A stretch of DNA of 63,115 nucleotides, filler included, from Choristocarpus tenellus KU-1152 (Eukaryota > Protista > Phaeophyceae), in assembly GCA_964200185.2 (NCBI GenBank). It is 13 parts of 13 records of this genome, joined end to end, with 100 filler letters (N's around TTAATTAATTAA, not from the genome) between each part and the next. Parts side by side here need not be neighbours in the genome. Positions count along the whole stretch, not along the records: positions 49,435 to 52,225 come from CAXNAD020024719.1; positions 52,326 to 57,719 come from CAXNAD020010931.1; positions 57,820 to 63,115 come from CAXNAD020011242.1; 10 more parts are not named here. One strand, given 5' to 3'. Under the pieces are notes generated by a model. The model had not been told where the DNA came from and ran no database searches. It was given only the letters and a program-made list of their open reading frames with translations. The position numbers and the translations under genes were made by a program. How positions within the stretch are numbered: position 1 is the stretch's first letter; every line of letters begins with the position of its first letter. Of this stretch, positions 51,986 to 63,115 are shown one piece after another.

Positions 51986-54900
51986 GTAAGAGAGATTTGC
52001 TTGGGGTTTGGGAAGGAGGAGGAAGATAGTGTGATGCCTCTACTGGGACGTCTTATGATTGGGTGTTGGTAGTCCTCTTCCTCTGTATGCGCGTGCGCGC
52101 GCGCGTGTGTGTGTGGGGGGGGGGGATAGAAGGGGATGCAGTAAGGGTGTTTGGTGGTCTGCTTTCCCGCAGTGAATTTTTTCTACTTGTGCGTTCTTTT
52201 GGGCCCACTGGCACCAGGGTGTGTTNNNNNNNNNNNNNNNNNNNNNNNNNNNNNNNNNNNNNNNNNNNNTTAATTAATTAANNNNNNNNNNNNNNNNNNN
52301 NNNNNNNNNNNNNNNNNNNNNNNNNGGGGAGGGAGGGGGGACGTTTTATCCCAACAATAATAAAACTAGGGAGTAAGGCAAATGGCCATGCACAACAATC
52401 ACCCCCCTATTCCCTCTTCTGACAATTGCAGCACTAGGCATGCTATGTAGTATGTAGCTTATACAGGGCAGAATTTTGTTGAACCTTGCCTGTTGGTGTA
52501 CACTATGCTCTCTGCCAATAGTATGTATGGAATAGTGGCCACTACTCATGGGGATCCACTACAGAGGGCTCAGTATAGATCGTCTCCAGCCACCCTATTG
52601 ACCCTAACAGAGCAAGATCACAGGTATAATTAGAGGGTGGTCCAGCTCTGACTGAGATGATGAAAAGACAGGGGCTTGAGCCCTAATTGCTCTTGGGTGT
52701 ATAAAACATGAGCAGTGATTTTACCATACCAAATGCAACATTTCAACATCGGTTAAAACTTCAACATGCAAATAGTTCAGGTATACCCGGTGGTGGGGAG
52801 AGAGGGAATGTGGTGAAAGGCAACGTTTGGGCCTGGAGAAGGGTTTTTCCTCAATGCAATTAACAAAAAAACGGCACCCCTTGCACTTCAAAAACAAAAC
52901 AATAAAATACAATTTTCTTGCAAAATCGTAAGTGTAACACTGCAACGTTGATTGAGTGGTAAGTTTTGACAGTCAGCCCCTTCATAAGGATGAATGGGAA
53001 AGTAATGAGAAATCAGTCAACCCTGTTCATCTCTTACCTTCCCTTCCTCTGCAGCGCTTCCCACAGCTTGTCTTGTCCGCTGCAACATATTCCTGCTGAT
53101 GTCAAAACACGTCAGATGACGGATATGCTCAAACACCTGGCAGAAAAATGTTCCATCTTGTGGTAAGAGAGGGGAATGGAAGCTACAAGGAGTACAACAG
53201 CTGCAGCAGATCTTCAAAGTCAGGGTCTACTCCTCCTAGACCTTCAATAGAAGCCTTTGGTCTGGGCAGCATACTTTGTAGGAGTACAGCATACTTCGTA
53301 GGCGTACGCCAAAAACTGCATTCGATTCCTCAGTTCTATCTGAGTACCTCAAAAAAAAAAAACTGCACGAAAAACGTTACCTTGAAATATGACAGACAAG
53401 GATAAACAGACAAGGATAGTTTTACGTCTGTGTGTTGTAAAGCTCCAGTTGAAGCTATCTTATGGTACATAGGGGAGGTGGACGGAGGCAACCTTGCGAT
53501 GCTCGAAATAGGCAATACATTTTTTTGCACACAAAAGCAATAGTCCTGTCACGCTAAGAGAAACACTTCTCCCATCAAAAATTCACGAAGTATTATTCCT
53601 TTTGCCAAAATGAATTATCCACTGTTGTAACACCATCAATATAAGCCCCCCAGACCATACACACACGCACTCCCATACCGCCAACCTCTACTTCATCACA
53701 CTCGCCACCCAACATCTTTCGGGTAGGACCTCATTCTCTTTAGTCTCGGCAGTCACAAAGACTCCTGAGCAAACTTACTCAACCTCTTAACACAGCATTA
53801 CAGAGGAAGATGAGAGTACACAATCGCAATCCTCTAGCCTAGGTTGGAGGAGAGCCGGAGGGGTCTCTCCCAAGCAACATGATGAGACAATTTTGTCCTA
53901 CAAATTTTCCATTCCTCTGATCAGACCTCGCAATGACAATTTAATGTATAATGCCTTCCTTTGCTCTTGAGACTGCGTACCTGAGTGGTAACACGCCCCC
54001 CACCACAGCCAATCTCCCCCACCTCACTATCCTTTCCAACATATGGCTGTGGATGGCACGAAAATTATCATCCCAAGGGTGTGTGGAAGAGGGTAGAGGT
54101 TAGAGAAGGAGAATTGTGTATGCAGATACAAATGAAGGAAATGTAGAATGTACTCAAAATGCCAACTCTGGATTTATATCTATGCTTTTGAGTGTGTTCT
54201 GTGTGTGTATGCGTGTGCATGGTAAGTATTTTATCCGTTGTGTTTCATGGCTACAAGGACAGGGGCGCACAAAAACACTCTATACAGAGGCAGGTATAGA
54301 GTTTAGTGTAGCAGGGCCCAACCCTACCCCCAGCCTCAACTTCCCAATCCCTTACTCTAGACCGGGGCAACCAGCGAAGTCAATTTAGCTGAAGCCAATG
54401 CGATCATTTTTTTTTTCTCTACTCTAGCACCAGGTACAATTACCCATAGAACAGAAAGTAACAACGGCACAAAAATATAATCATCTCTCTTGCTTGATTT
54501 TAAACACATCTGCGGAACTTTACCGTCGACTCAGCGACAGAAAAACCAATGACACGTCAAACTTAATCGATTTAGAGGTTTTGAAAGGTCTGATCTACGA
54601 CAGGATATTGGTTAAGTTCTGTAGAGCAAGAGACGGTGGAGGGAGGCTATTATCACACCAACTAATAGTACTTCACTAACCATACCGCCCAACTCACCAA
54701 TATGAAATCCCTTATCACACAGAGGACTTCTTCCTTTGTAGACCATTCATCCCCAACCTCTTGCAGCATCTCTGAACTGGAACCAGCAGCCATTTTCTGG
54801 ACCCAGCTACTCCCACAAAAGCATGCCAAGTTGAAGGTGGAGGATGACAGGGCAAAACAACAACGGACTTTATAAAGATAAATTCAAGCTGGATGTCAAA

Positions 54901-57900
54901 GTGACCTTGCGGACATCTAGTTGTGTCATCAAATTTAGAATTTTTCATAAAGAGCTAAAGACAGTGCATTCGGTTGTGGAGGGAAAGGGGCAGTGAGCAA
55001 AATCAGTTGCATGTGCAATCAACCAAATGATTGAGTTATCTTGGTTTACATCCTCCCTTGTGTTACATACACAGGGCGCAGAAAATCTCTAGCTCTTCAA
55101 AGTGCACCTGTCCCTTGCAACAAAAACCAGTACGCATGATCAATATATGTGTGTGGAAGTATATGAAGGAAATGGAGACTTCTGAACACCTGGTGGTATG
55201 AAAAGGCACTATCTATCCTGTGTTCTCCACTAAATTTTCTCCGGGAGATCAGGTGGACTAACACACAGATCGGCTTCGCGATGTCGTACTGTGCAAGGTG
55301 GTATCGTCCAGGAGTAGGTTGCCAACCATAACAAACATCCAGCACACTTCAACCATGACTCAACAAAAACCCTACCACACAGTTTGCTGCTCTTGCTGCA
55401 ACCTTGTTCAATAAATATGAACTACAATCAAGAGGACGAAAAACATACTGGATCCGTCTCAAACGTAGCAAATGCAACTATTTTACTCAGCAAAAGGGGT
55501 AGATCTGGTGGTGAAACAAGGATATGTATCTATCTCTATGTATAGATATCGGTCTTCATCGTGTAAGCCACCCTATGCTGGCATGCTGCGACTCTTGAAG
55601 AGCGATATCCGCACGATTTTTCCTTTTCGTAACTAAGACTAAGATGCAGCCAGAATCCCAACACACAGCAAATCCCCTTGGCCTGACCAAAATGTGATCG
55701 GTCCTACCTGGCCTCTGGATCCCACTCAGCCGCGTAGTTATTCCACAGCTTACGGTTGGTTTCAAAGTTACCAGGATCCGCATAGACAAGGGCCGAACCG
55801 AGGCTCTTCACAAGTTGGGCCACCATCTCGTTCCCCTCCTGCGACTTGGCAGCAAGCATTGCCTCACACTCCTGACATGAGGGACAATAATCAATTCTGA
55901 GAAGGATTCGCCCTTCAACAATAGTTATGAAGATGGTGGAGGGCCTAGACGAATATATCGCCTTCCATCGTTCACTCCAAGTTTTAGGGTAACCTCGTTC
56001 ATGTCTATGGAACCCTCACCTCTATTCCCTGCACTCGAACGGCTTCATCCGCTCCACTGTGGAGGGGTGATGGCAATGGAAAAGACTTTGAAGATTCAGA
56101 ATGAGGTTGATACGACATAAGGGGTATTGCACCTAACAAGGTAGTTGTATGTTTGTGACCAACTTGTATGGGACCTTCCTTTCCACTTCCATCCCTTAGA
56201 CTTTGAGATAGAATAGAGCCAGCGCCCTCCTCCATATTGCATCCAGAAAAAGAATCCTCTGTCCTTCTTTTACGAACTAAGGCATTGTTTGGGGGTATTT
56301 ATATGCTTGCCCTTAATTGCGACCGATGCCACACACAGAACACACGAGAATCCATGGAGGATATTGGCTTACCAATGTTTGTTCACTGTCTGGTACTGTT
56401 TGCCTCTGTTCATACTCATTGGGATGAGAGCACCTTAAGAAATAGGTTTGTAGGGAACTGTCCTGACAAAAATTTATTTTGCCCTCTATTTACTGCCACT
56501 CGAACTATGTGACAGGAGATTTTCATTGAGTCTGTCGGGGCGTGTGGGATTAACGACTTCCCTTGAGAGAGCCTTCCAATACCTGGAATACGTCGGTTGG
56601 AGATGCGAGATCCTTAGGATCGAGGTTGGAGTCTGACCTTCACTCTATGTTGCTGTGTTCGTATATATGCCTCAGACTACAAAATTGTTGAAGATTCTCT
56701 TTCACGTTTCCTTGGTATCCCTCTCAACTACATCCCCTTTTGTTATTTTCTCCCCTACCTCCTTTGCAAACACCTCTTCATGGTTTGTCAAGACAGTTAC
56801 ACCCTTCTCGTCTCGAGCATTACACACACAAACTTGTTGCGACAATGCTGTGGGGCGATAATGGTCTATTGCCGACTTTCTGTGCCCAGGATAGGGTACT
56901 GCCGAGCACAAAAATGTAAGTGGTTTACGGGCAGGGTCTGTGTTGAGAGGAAAAGAGGAAGGGGAACCTAGTAGCCACTGTGCCTCAGCAGCCTCATGAG
57001 AAAAGGAGCAGTGGCGCCGGTGTGCCTGGGTAAAACGTCAATCATGGTGCTCGATCAGCAGAAGAATTAAGGGCACAGTAGGGGCTATGTTGTCTGTGGA
57101 GAGGGTAAAAGAAGATAAACTCCACCTATCGAACGCAGTGCTCCAACTGCACCAGATAGAATGACACAGGAGGGGGTTGTGCCTCAGTAGCAGAGATGGG
57201 GTGTGCCAGGCGGGGTCTATTCTTTGTGCAAAATTTGATGATTTGAGATTTTTAAAAAATGTATTGTGTAGTATATGTGTACCTGTGTATAGCTTCGGAC
57301 CTTGGAAGTGGCCAACAGGGAATCGAAAATTAGCAATAGAAGCATTACAAGCCAGGGCCCTGGTAGAAAATCACATTATCAAGGGGATAGTTGATCCATA
57401 AAGTGAAACACGGGTAGGAATTTGAATTTGGGTTATGAGAGATAAAGGTGTTTTAGTCAATAGTAGAAAGCTGTGATGACAAATAGAGACTCCTGCAGAC
57501 AACAGGACTCCGCAAAACAAAAGGGGGAGGCCAACCAAAGAATAGGCGAGGGCCTGCATGGCTGCAGCGAGGAAGAAAATATTTAAGGAAGCCCATGTTA
57601 AGAATCAAGTGGAGAAAGTCAGGTTGGCCCCGGGAGAGATGGTTTCAGTTGCACTGATAACCCAAAGTATCTGGGGGGGGGGGGAGTCTACACCAGAGTG
57701 TCCAATTGGGCCAAAACCANNNNNNNNNNNNNNNNNNNNNNNNNNNNNNNNNNNNNNNNNNNNTTAATTAATTAANNNNNNNNNNNNNNNNNNNNNNNNN
57801 NNNNNNNNNNNNNNNNNNNCCTCCACCACCATTAAAAAAAAAAAAAAAAAACCCCCCCCCCCCCCCCCCCCCCCAGATACTTTGGGTCTGATAAGCGTCT

Positions 57901-58316
57901 TTCTCCCACACACTGTTATCGTTCTTTAGAACCTGACCCTGCTTCTGATCACGTGGTTGCCTATCCACCATTCCCCCTTCTTGGATTGAAACTTTCTGGC
58001 CATGTATCTTGGCTCAGTGCGTTGATTCTAGGATCAAAAGGGGGATGATCAAGCCACAAAATAATGGATTGTGAAAGGTGGAACTGATGGAGTGCGGCAG
58101 GTGAAACGTGCATCTATCTGTGCGCGGCTCGTGAATGCAGATTGAGAATCTGACCGCATACATACACTACTATTGGAATTATTGACAGAATATATACATG
58201 TAATTTTCACAAGTGGTACCAGTATTCTTGATCAACGAACGCATTCTACTAAGAAGGCGAAAGCTAAGTCAAAGATTCTATATGTTAATCATTGCTTTCA
58301 AACATACTACTGTACT

Positions 58317-58564
58317 GACCCGAAGTAAACAAGAGGTACCCAAAGTTGCATTTTAAGGATGCTGACAAATATGTACAAAAATTGGCTTCTCATAAAAATG
58401 TGTACTGCATCTTTTCTGAATGCAGTCGAAACGTTTCACAAAATCAGAGAAATCAACCCATTCAACCAAAACTTAGGGTTAGTGAAATGATTTACAAAAG
58501 AATGAAAAACTGGCTTTAAATTCAAAACAGTCAAAACCTGGGTACCTCTCGTTTAGTTTGGCTC
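58317..58564 (-). mobile_element. MITE family C, full length, TSD ACT
   Basis: act|GACCCGAAGTAAACAAGAGGTACCCA...TGGGTACCTCTCGTTTAGTTTGGCTC|act. Confidence 0.92.
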
Positions 58565-58989
58565 ACTGCAATTAACCTTCCTTGGTGTATCCTAACAAGT
58601 CTCCTTTAAGCCATACCATAAAAACTATGTTGTCGTGTTGCATCTTTTACTTCACTTTTGTTTCTTGTTCCCTCTATCATAGGATCTGCAATATATCACT
58701 AGGCATAATATTAATAATATACTACTAGAGTACATTTATAACAACAGGAGGGAATTTTGGTCGGATTCTCAACATCCTCCATCTACGTACTTTAGGGCGT
58801 TATCTTCACACAAACTAGTATCATCGTAGTAAGTACTAAAAAAAAGGAGGGGACTTCAACTAGGATAAGGGTTTTTACTTGCGTCGCATCATACTTCGCC
58901 TCACACCCCATTGTTAGACTTTGCTGAGTCCGCTGGTTAGGTACGTGACCGAAAGTACGTTTGTATCTATTAGCCGTGTGAAGCTGTAC

Positions 58990-60448
58990 CTGTAAGCTTC
59001 CCATCATGCCATCCAAAGAGACGCTCACTGCCACAAGGCACATGCCCAAGACCTTTGTGCGTTCCTCCTGCAGCTGGAAATACCGACAACGCACAAGAGA
59101 ATCAGGGCCCAAGGTGTAACTGGAAAGGGTCGTTTCAACTGGAAAAGCACGTCAAAAATAGTTTGATACAGTACTTAGTATGTACTATAGTGCAGATGCA
59201 GGCCCGCACCATATCTCGACCATGAAATCGAGTCACTTCTCTTGTATGCCCCAATAAGTTGATGTTACATTCCCCAACAAACGCATTATTTGTTTTTGTT
59301 GGAATTAAAAAAGTCATTCACCTCAGCTATCAGCAAGAGGGGTAGGAACTGGGTAAGGGTGGGGTTAGTTAGAGGTTACCGTTATCACTGTCGTAAAGAG
59401 GCTGAAGCTTTTGGTAGGCGGCTTCTAACAGTGCAGCACCCATCCGCCAAATTGTGCTTTGTTCGAAGTATATTGTTGTAGACATGTATATTCAGCGAGA
59501 ACCACACCAAATATCAGTGTCAAATGCCCTGAGTAATGTTTCCTCCTCCGGAAGTACCACACACACTGCAATGAGACTTAACTCAGGGATGCAGGAGTAA
59601 AGTATACGTTAGGCTTACGGATATTGAAAGGGTACCAAGCTTAAGCAGCTCATCCATTCTCCTGTAGGAACAAATTGTAGAAGAAGGTGGGTGATGCGGT
59701 ATAGAGACAACGAGTCGAGCGTACCTGCACATCAGATGTTCTGGTGGAAAATAAGACTGTGCCCAACATAACCAGCGTGGCAGCAATGTACTCGGGCAAG
59801 GAGTACCGCTGTCCATCTAAGACACACCCTACAACCATGACTGAAATAATCTTGAGGGCGAAGAGGGTGTTGGTGGTGTGCAAGAGGTGCAGGCAGCAAC
59901 AGAGGGGATTTGATTAATTTTGGCTCAGTGCTGACAGTTTCTATGGTTCAATAATCCACATGTCACAGACTCAATCAAGCAGTGCAGCTATCATTGGGGA
60001 AAAGTCAAACACAAGAGGTGGAGCATGCGTGGATATGGCAACAGCCAACGAAGTCTAAAATGTACTGGCGCTTGCCTTGCTGGATTTGCTGAGCATATTG
60101 GTAGTCATGCTAATGTGCTTCAACGACTCCAACGATGTAACGGAGCTCCCAGAGCGGATGGCTGCCGAAGCAGCAAACAGCTTGTGCGGGACCTGTGGAA
60201 TTGTGGGAGCGACGTTTACTGTGTTAGAATACATATATGCCATAGTGTCATAGGATTGGGTGGCATCATTGGTAAGGGGCATTTGTAACAGCCTTGTGAT
60301 TCTTATATTTTGTGTGGGGTCATGCACTCAGGAGAAGACTATTTCCTTATTCTGGACACCTTCTACATCCAGAGACTCCTGATGGGGGTTACCTGCCTTT
60401 GGTCGACAGAAATGGTGTGTCAGATGCAACAGAATAAAAGCCCCCACC
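58990..60448 (-). CDS. SLC35B-family nucleotide-sugar/PAPS transporter (UAA transporter family); exons 60393-60448, 60076-60218, 59725-59850, 58990-59067
   Basis: SLESLKHISMTTNMLSKSSK|IISVMVVGCVLDGQRYSLPEYIAATLVMLGTVLF...|LGMCLVAVSVSLDGMMGSLQ matches the family pattern (EAL..S.PT..L.K..K.IPVM..G; EY..A.L...G..F; D.....Q). Phases are consistent. Confidence 0.88.
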
Positions 60449-61980
60449 CTATACAACAAAATTGCCGAAATCCACCCCCCTCTACATGATTTGGCTCCAA
60501 TTGATAACACTTCAGTACAACTATTTTGAGTACTATTACGAAGAAATGTTGTCAATCGGTTGTCCTCTCATGTTAAGGAGTGAGAAGTATTTCGAACCCA
60601 AGGACATATAATATGTACCTACTACAATTTGATAGACGAGATACCTCAGTCACCTATGATACCCTTCCAAGTCCAAGAGCTCACAAATATTTGCAAATAG
60701 CATGTTTTGAGTAAACCAGTCCCTGTCCAATTTTTTGTCTAAATGATAGTGTTTGGTGTTCTTTTATGCCGACTGATATTTTTTTTCCAAATAGATATGT
60801 TTTCGTGGGGAGGATAAGGAGCGTCATAGAGAGCAGAGAATACAACGAACAACATAACAACAGAGTCCGTATTGCTTGCATTATAATGCCTTACGATGCA
60901 TTGGTAGTAGCTCTACTCAGCCTCTATTGAACTTTGAAAGGCGGGAAATCGCTTATGTTCTTCTGGGTTTATTGAGCCATTATAGTTCAGAGAGGGGTAT
61001 CGTAATGTGTTTCAGGTCTCTGTGACTGTCTTCGGTTACACTGTGCTTCTAGAACTCTCTGGAGTGTGATTTCCCGCCTATGTGGATGAGCATTGATCTC
61101 CTCTTCCTTGACCACCGCCTTCTGAGGGGGGTCAGCTAGTATTTCAGGCGCGAGAACTGGAGTGTCAGGCAGAAGGTTTTAAAAGGCCTAAGTTCTCAAA
61201 AGGGTAAAAACAGAACCCCTTTCAGCATGGGATGACTAAATTTCCCTTTTTATCTTCGCTTTTGTGTAGGCATGAACCCAACCCATGATCAGAAGGAATA
61301 CCCCCCATTATTATTATTTAACATCACTATATTATTTAGGCTACCCTTATGTCTGAGGGGTCCCAGACCTGTGGTTGAAAGGTGATCAGAGGAAAGTAAT
61401 ACAAAATCCTTGAGAAAAATAAAAAGACGTTAGAAGAAACAAATAAAAGAAACGATGAATGGAGAAGAAGAGAAAGAACTCAGTGTAAATATGAAGAGAA
61501 ATAAAGATAAACCTACGTATAATGCACCAACACTCAATCCTTAGAACAGGACCTCATTGGCGCCACAGCATATCATCAGAGAATATGGGGAGGAGGGAAA
61601 AATGGAAATTCAGTGTCAGATCGGGTCCATCCAATCCGAAACACTACCCATCCCCTTGAAGATAGCATTGCCCATTACTAATACCATATCGAACTTTTCT
61701 TTTGTCTGGAGATGAATTCAATCTATGGCCAGAGGTGTTGCACACTGCACCACTTCTCAAACTACTACCGTAACTAACTGTTCCAATACAATCAACTATA
61801 TCGCCTCCATTCGTGCCTTGCTTCTTGTGAGTTGAGTTCAGTCATACACTGATTGTCGCACTGTCTCCTCGTTTGAATATTGTGCTGGACCCACCTAACC
61901 GTCACTTGGCAATAAAACCTCGCCACTTCATTGATGATCTGGCGTCTCATGGTATAGTGATAGGTTATTACATGTGTACC

Positions 61981-62243
61981 GAGCCCAACTAAACGACGAG
62001 CGGTGTCAAGTTTTTGGCCGTTTTAAATTTTTAGCCACTTTTTCTCATCTTTTGCAATTCAACCTTGATTCTATGGATTTAGGTTCAAGATTGGCTCAAG
62101 AGCTCTGTTTTTTCTATTGTCGAAACTTTCAACAGAATTGAGAAAATTCCCTAAATGTATTTGTACACAAAAATCCGACCTTAGCACAAATTGTCAGCAC
62201 CCTTTAATATGCGACTGTAATTACCTCTCGTTTACTTTGCCTC
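61981..62243 (+). mobile_element. Diverged MITE family C copy
   Basis: GAGCCCAACTAAACGA...TACCTCTCGTTTACTTTGCCTC; flanks ACC/ACT (one mismatch). Confidence 0.8.
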
Positions 62244-62993
62244 ACTATCCGAGGTATTTACCACGTGGAGTGTGGATAGTCAAACTAGGTTCCCATGTAA
62301 TGAATCCTGGCCTTGGTGGGATTCGAACTCTCAAAATTCACACAGGGGCCACCCTCCATCAATCATTGAGTTGCCAGACACCGAACAACCACAGGCGAGT
62401 GGCGTTAAATCGTGACATATTACTGTACACCATGTCCACTTCAAGTTTATGAATACCACAACCAGCAATTCAAACCACAATAATTCAGATCAAGAATACG
62501 CTCGGAGCAATTGGTAGGGTTCTTCCATAGAACTTGTCAAAAAATCAATACTGCCTATCTGTGTAATCCCTCAATACTTGAGAAAAACTATAATCTTCCG
62601 TGGGAAGAACTATCGTGTGGGATGGTGACCGTTGGATTCCTTCGGGAAAATAGGGTGGTGTGAAGCTTTCAATTCCTGTAATCCGTCCACCATACCTCTT
62701 GGAGGAAGAGAAAAACGAACCTCCTAAATAAACATATCTACTTTATGACTCAATATTTCTCTGCATCATCTCTCTGGAAGGGGGGGTGGGGGCGCAATCT
62801 GTGGGGTAAATTCATTCATTTGTCCCTTAACAGTCCATCCTTAGTCTAATATTGTGGTACTATTAATAGTAATGCTTTATTACAGTACTTCCGGTTGGTT
62901 CTAGCCAGTCTAGAATTTCATGTATTAAAAAAATCATGTTCAAGGGAAAATTAACCCATAATCCTATTAATAAACTTATTTCTATTAGGGTTT

Positions 62994-63115
62994 TGTTAAG
63001 TTGTCCTTGACGATCTGTTGTCCCACACAACTAGTTATATTATTGTTTATTAACTTGTATCACAGTTAAGAAGAGAGTGAGATACCTGCACTAGGTGGGG
63101 CTCACCAATCCTAAC
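62994..63115. mobile_element. Second copy of the short LTR-like repeat (reverse complement of 6383-6506)
   Basis: TGTTAAGTTGTCCTTGACGATCTGTTGTCCCAC...CCTAAC, truncated by the window end. Confidence 0.75.

Noticed and set aside
55600-56900. Additional LINE RT remnants
   Set aside because: Only vague motif resemblance; needs a profile search.
6597-57819. Recurring TTAATTAATTAA motif as a biological repeat or array
   Set aside because: It is always centred in 44 N on each side, so it is an assembly linker. Cross-linker gene neighbourhoods were also not interpreted.
60193-60396. Second GC-AG intron in the SLC35B gene
   Set aside because: A canonical GT donor (60391-60392) with the acceptor at 60219-60220 keeps the frame, so no GC donor is needed.

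Overview
This is eukaryotic, repeat-rich genomic DNA. It is not one locus: 13 short contigs are joined by 12 identical artificial 100-bp linkers (N44-TTAATTAATTAA-N44), so adjacency across linkers carries no biological meaning. TTAGGG-type telomeric motifs, intron-rich genes with short exons and RTE-type LINE remnants fit a stramenopile such as a brown alga, but the taxon is an inference. Recognisable host-gene exons include a TMEM184/OSTalpha-family transporter (4 exons), an SLC35B nucleotide-sugar/PAPS transporter (4 exons, probably with a GC-AG intron), a GCN5-like C-terminal bromodomain exon and an F-box protein N-terminus. Most of the rest is decayed transposable elements: RTE and CRE-like non-LTR retrotransposons, Ty1/Copia remnants with LTRs, and a plant-mariner-like transposase fragment. 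The clearest unexplained structure is a clan of three MITE families (A, B, C) with mostly different interiors. They share the terminal consensus GRGYCAAAGTA and make 3-bp target-site duplications that are mostly W-S-W and never TWA. They nest in each other and in LINEs, and they sit at over half of the contig breaks. I found no CRISPR array, rRNA, intact tRNA or intact autonomous element, and I cannot support a claim of a complete new biological system from this window alone.
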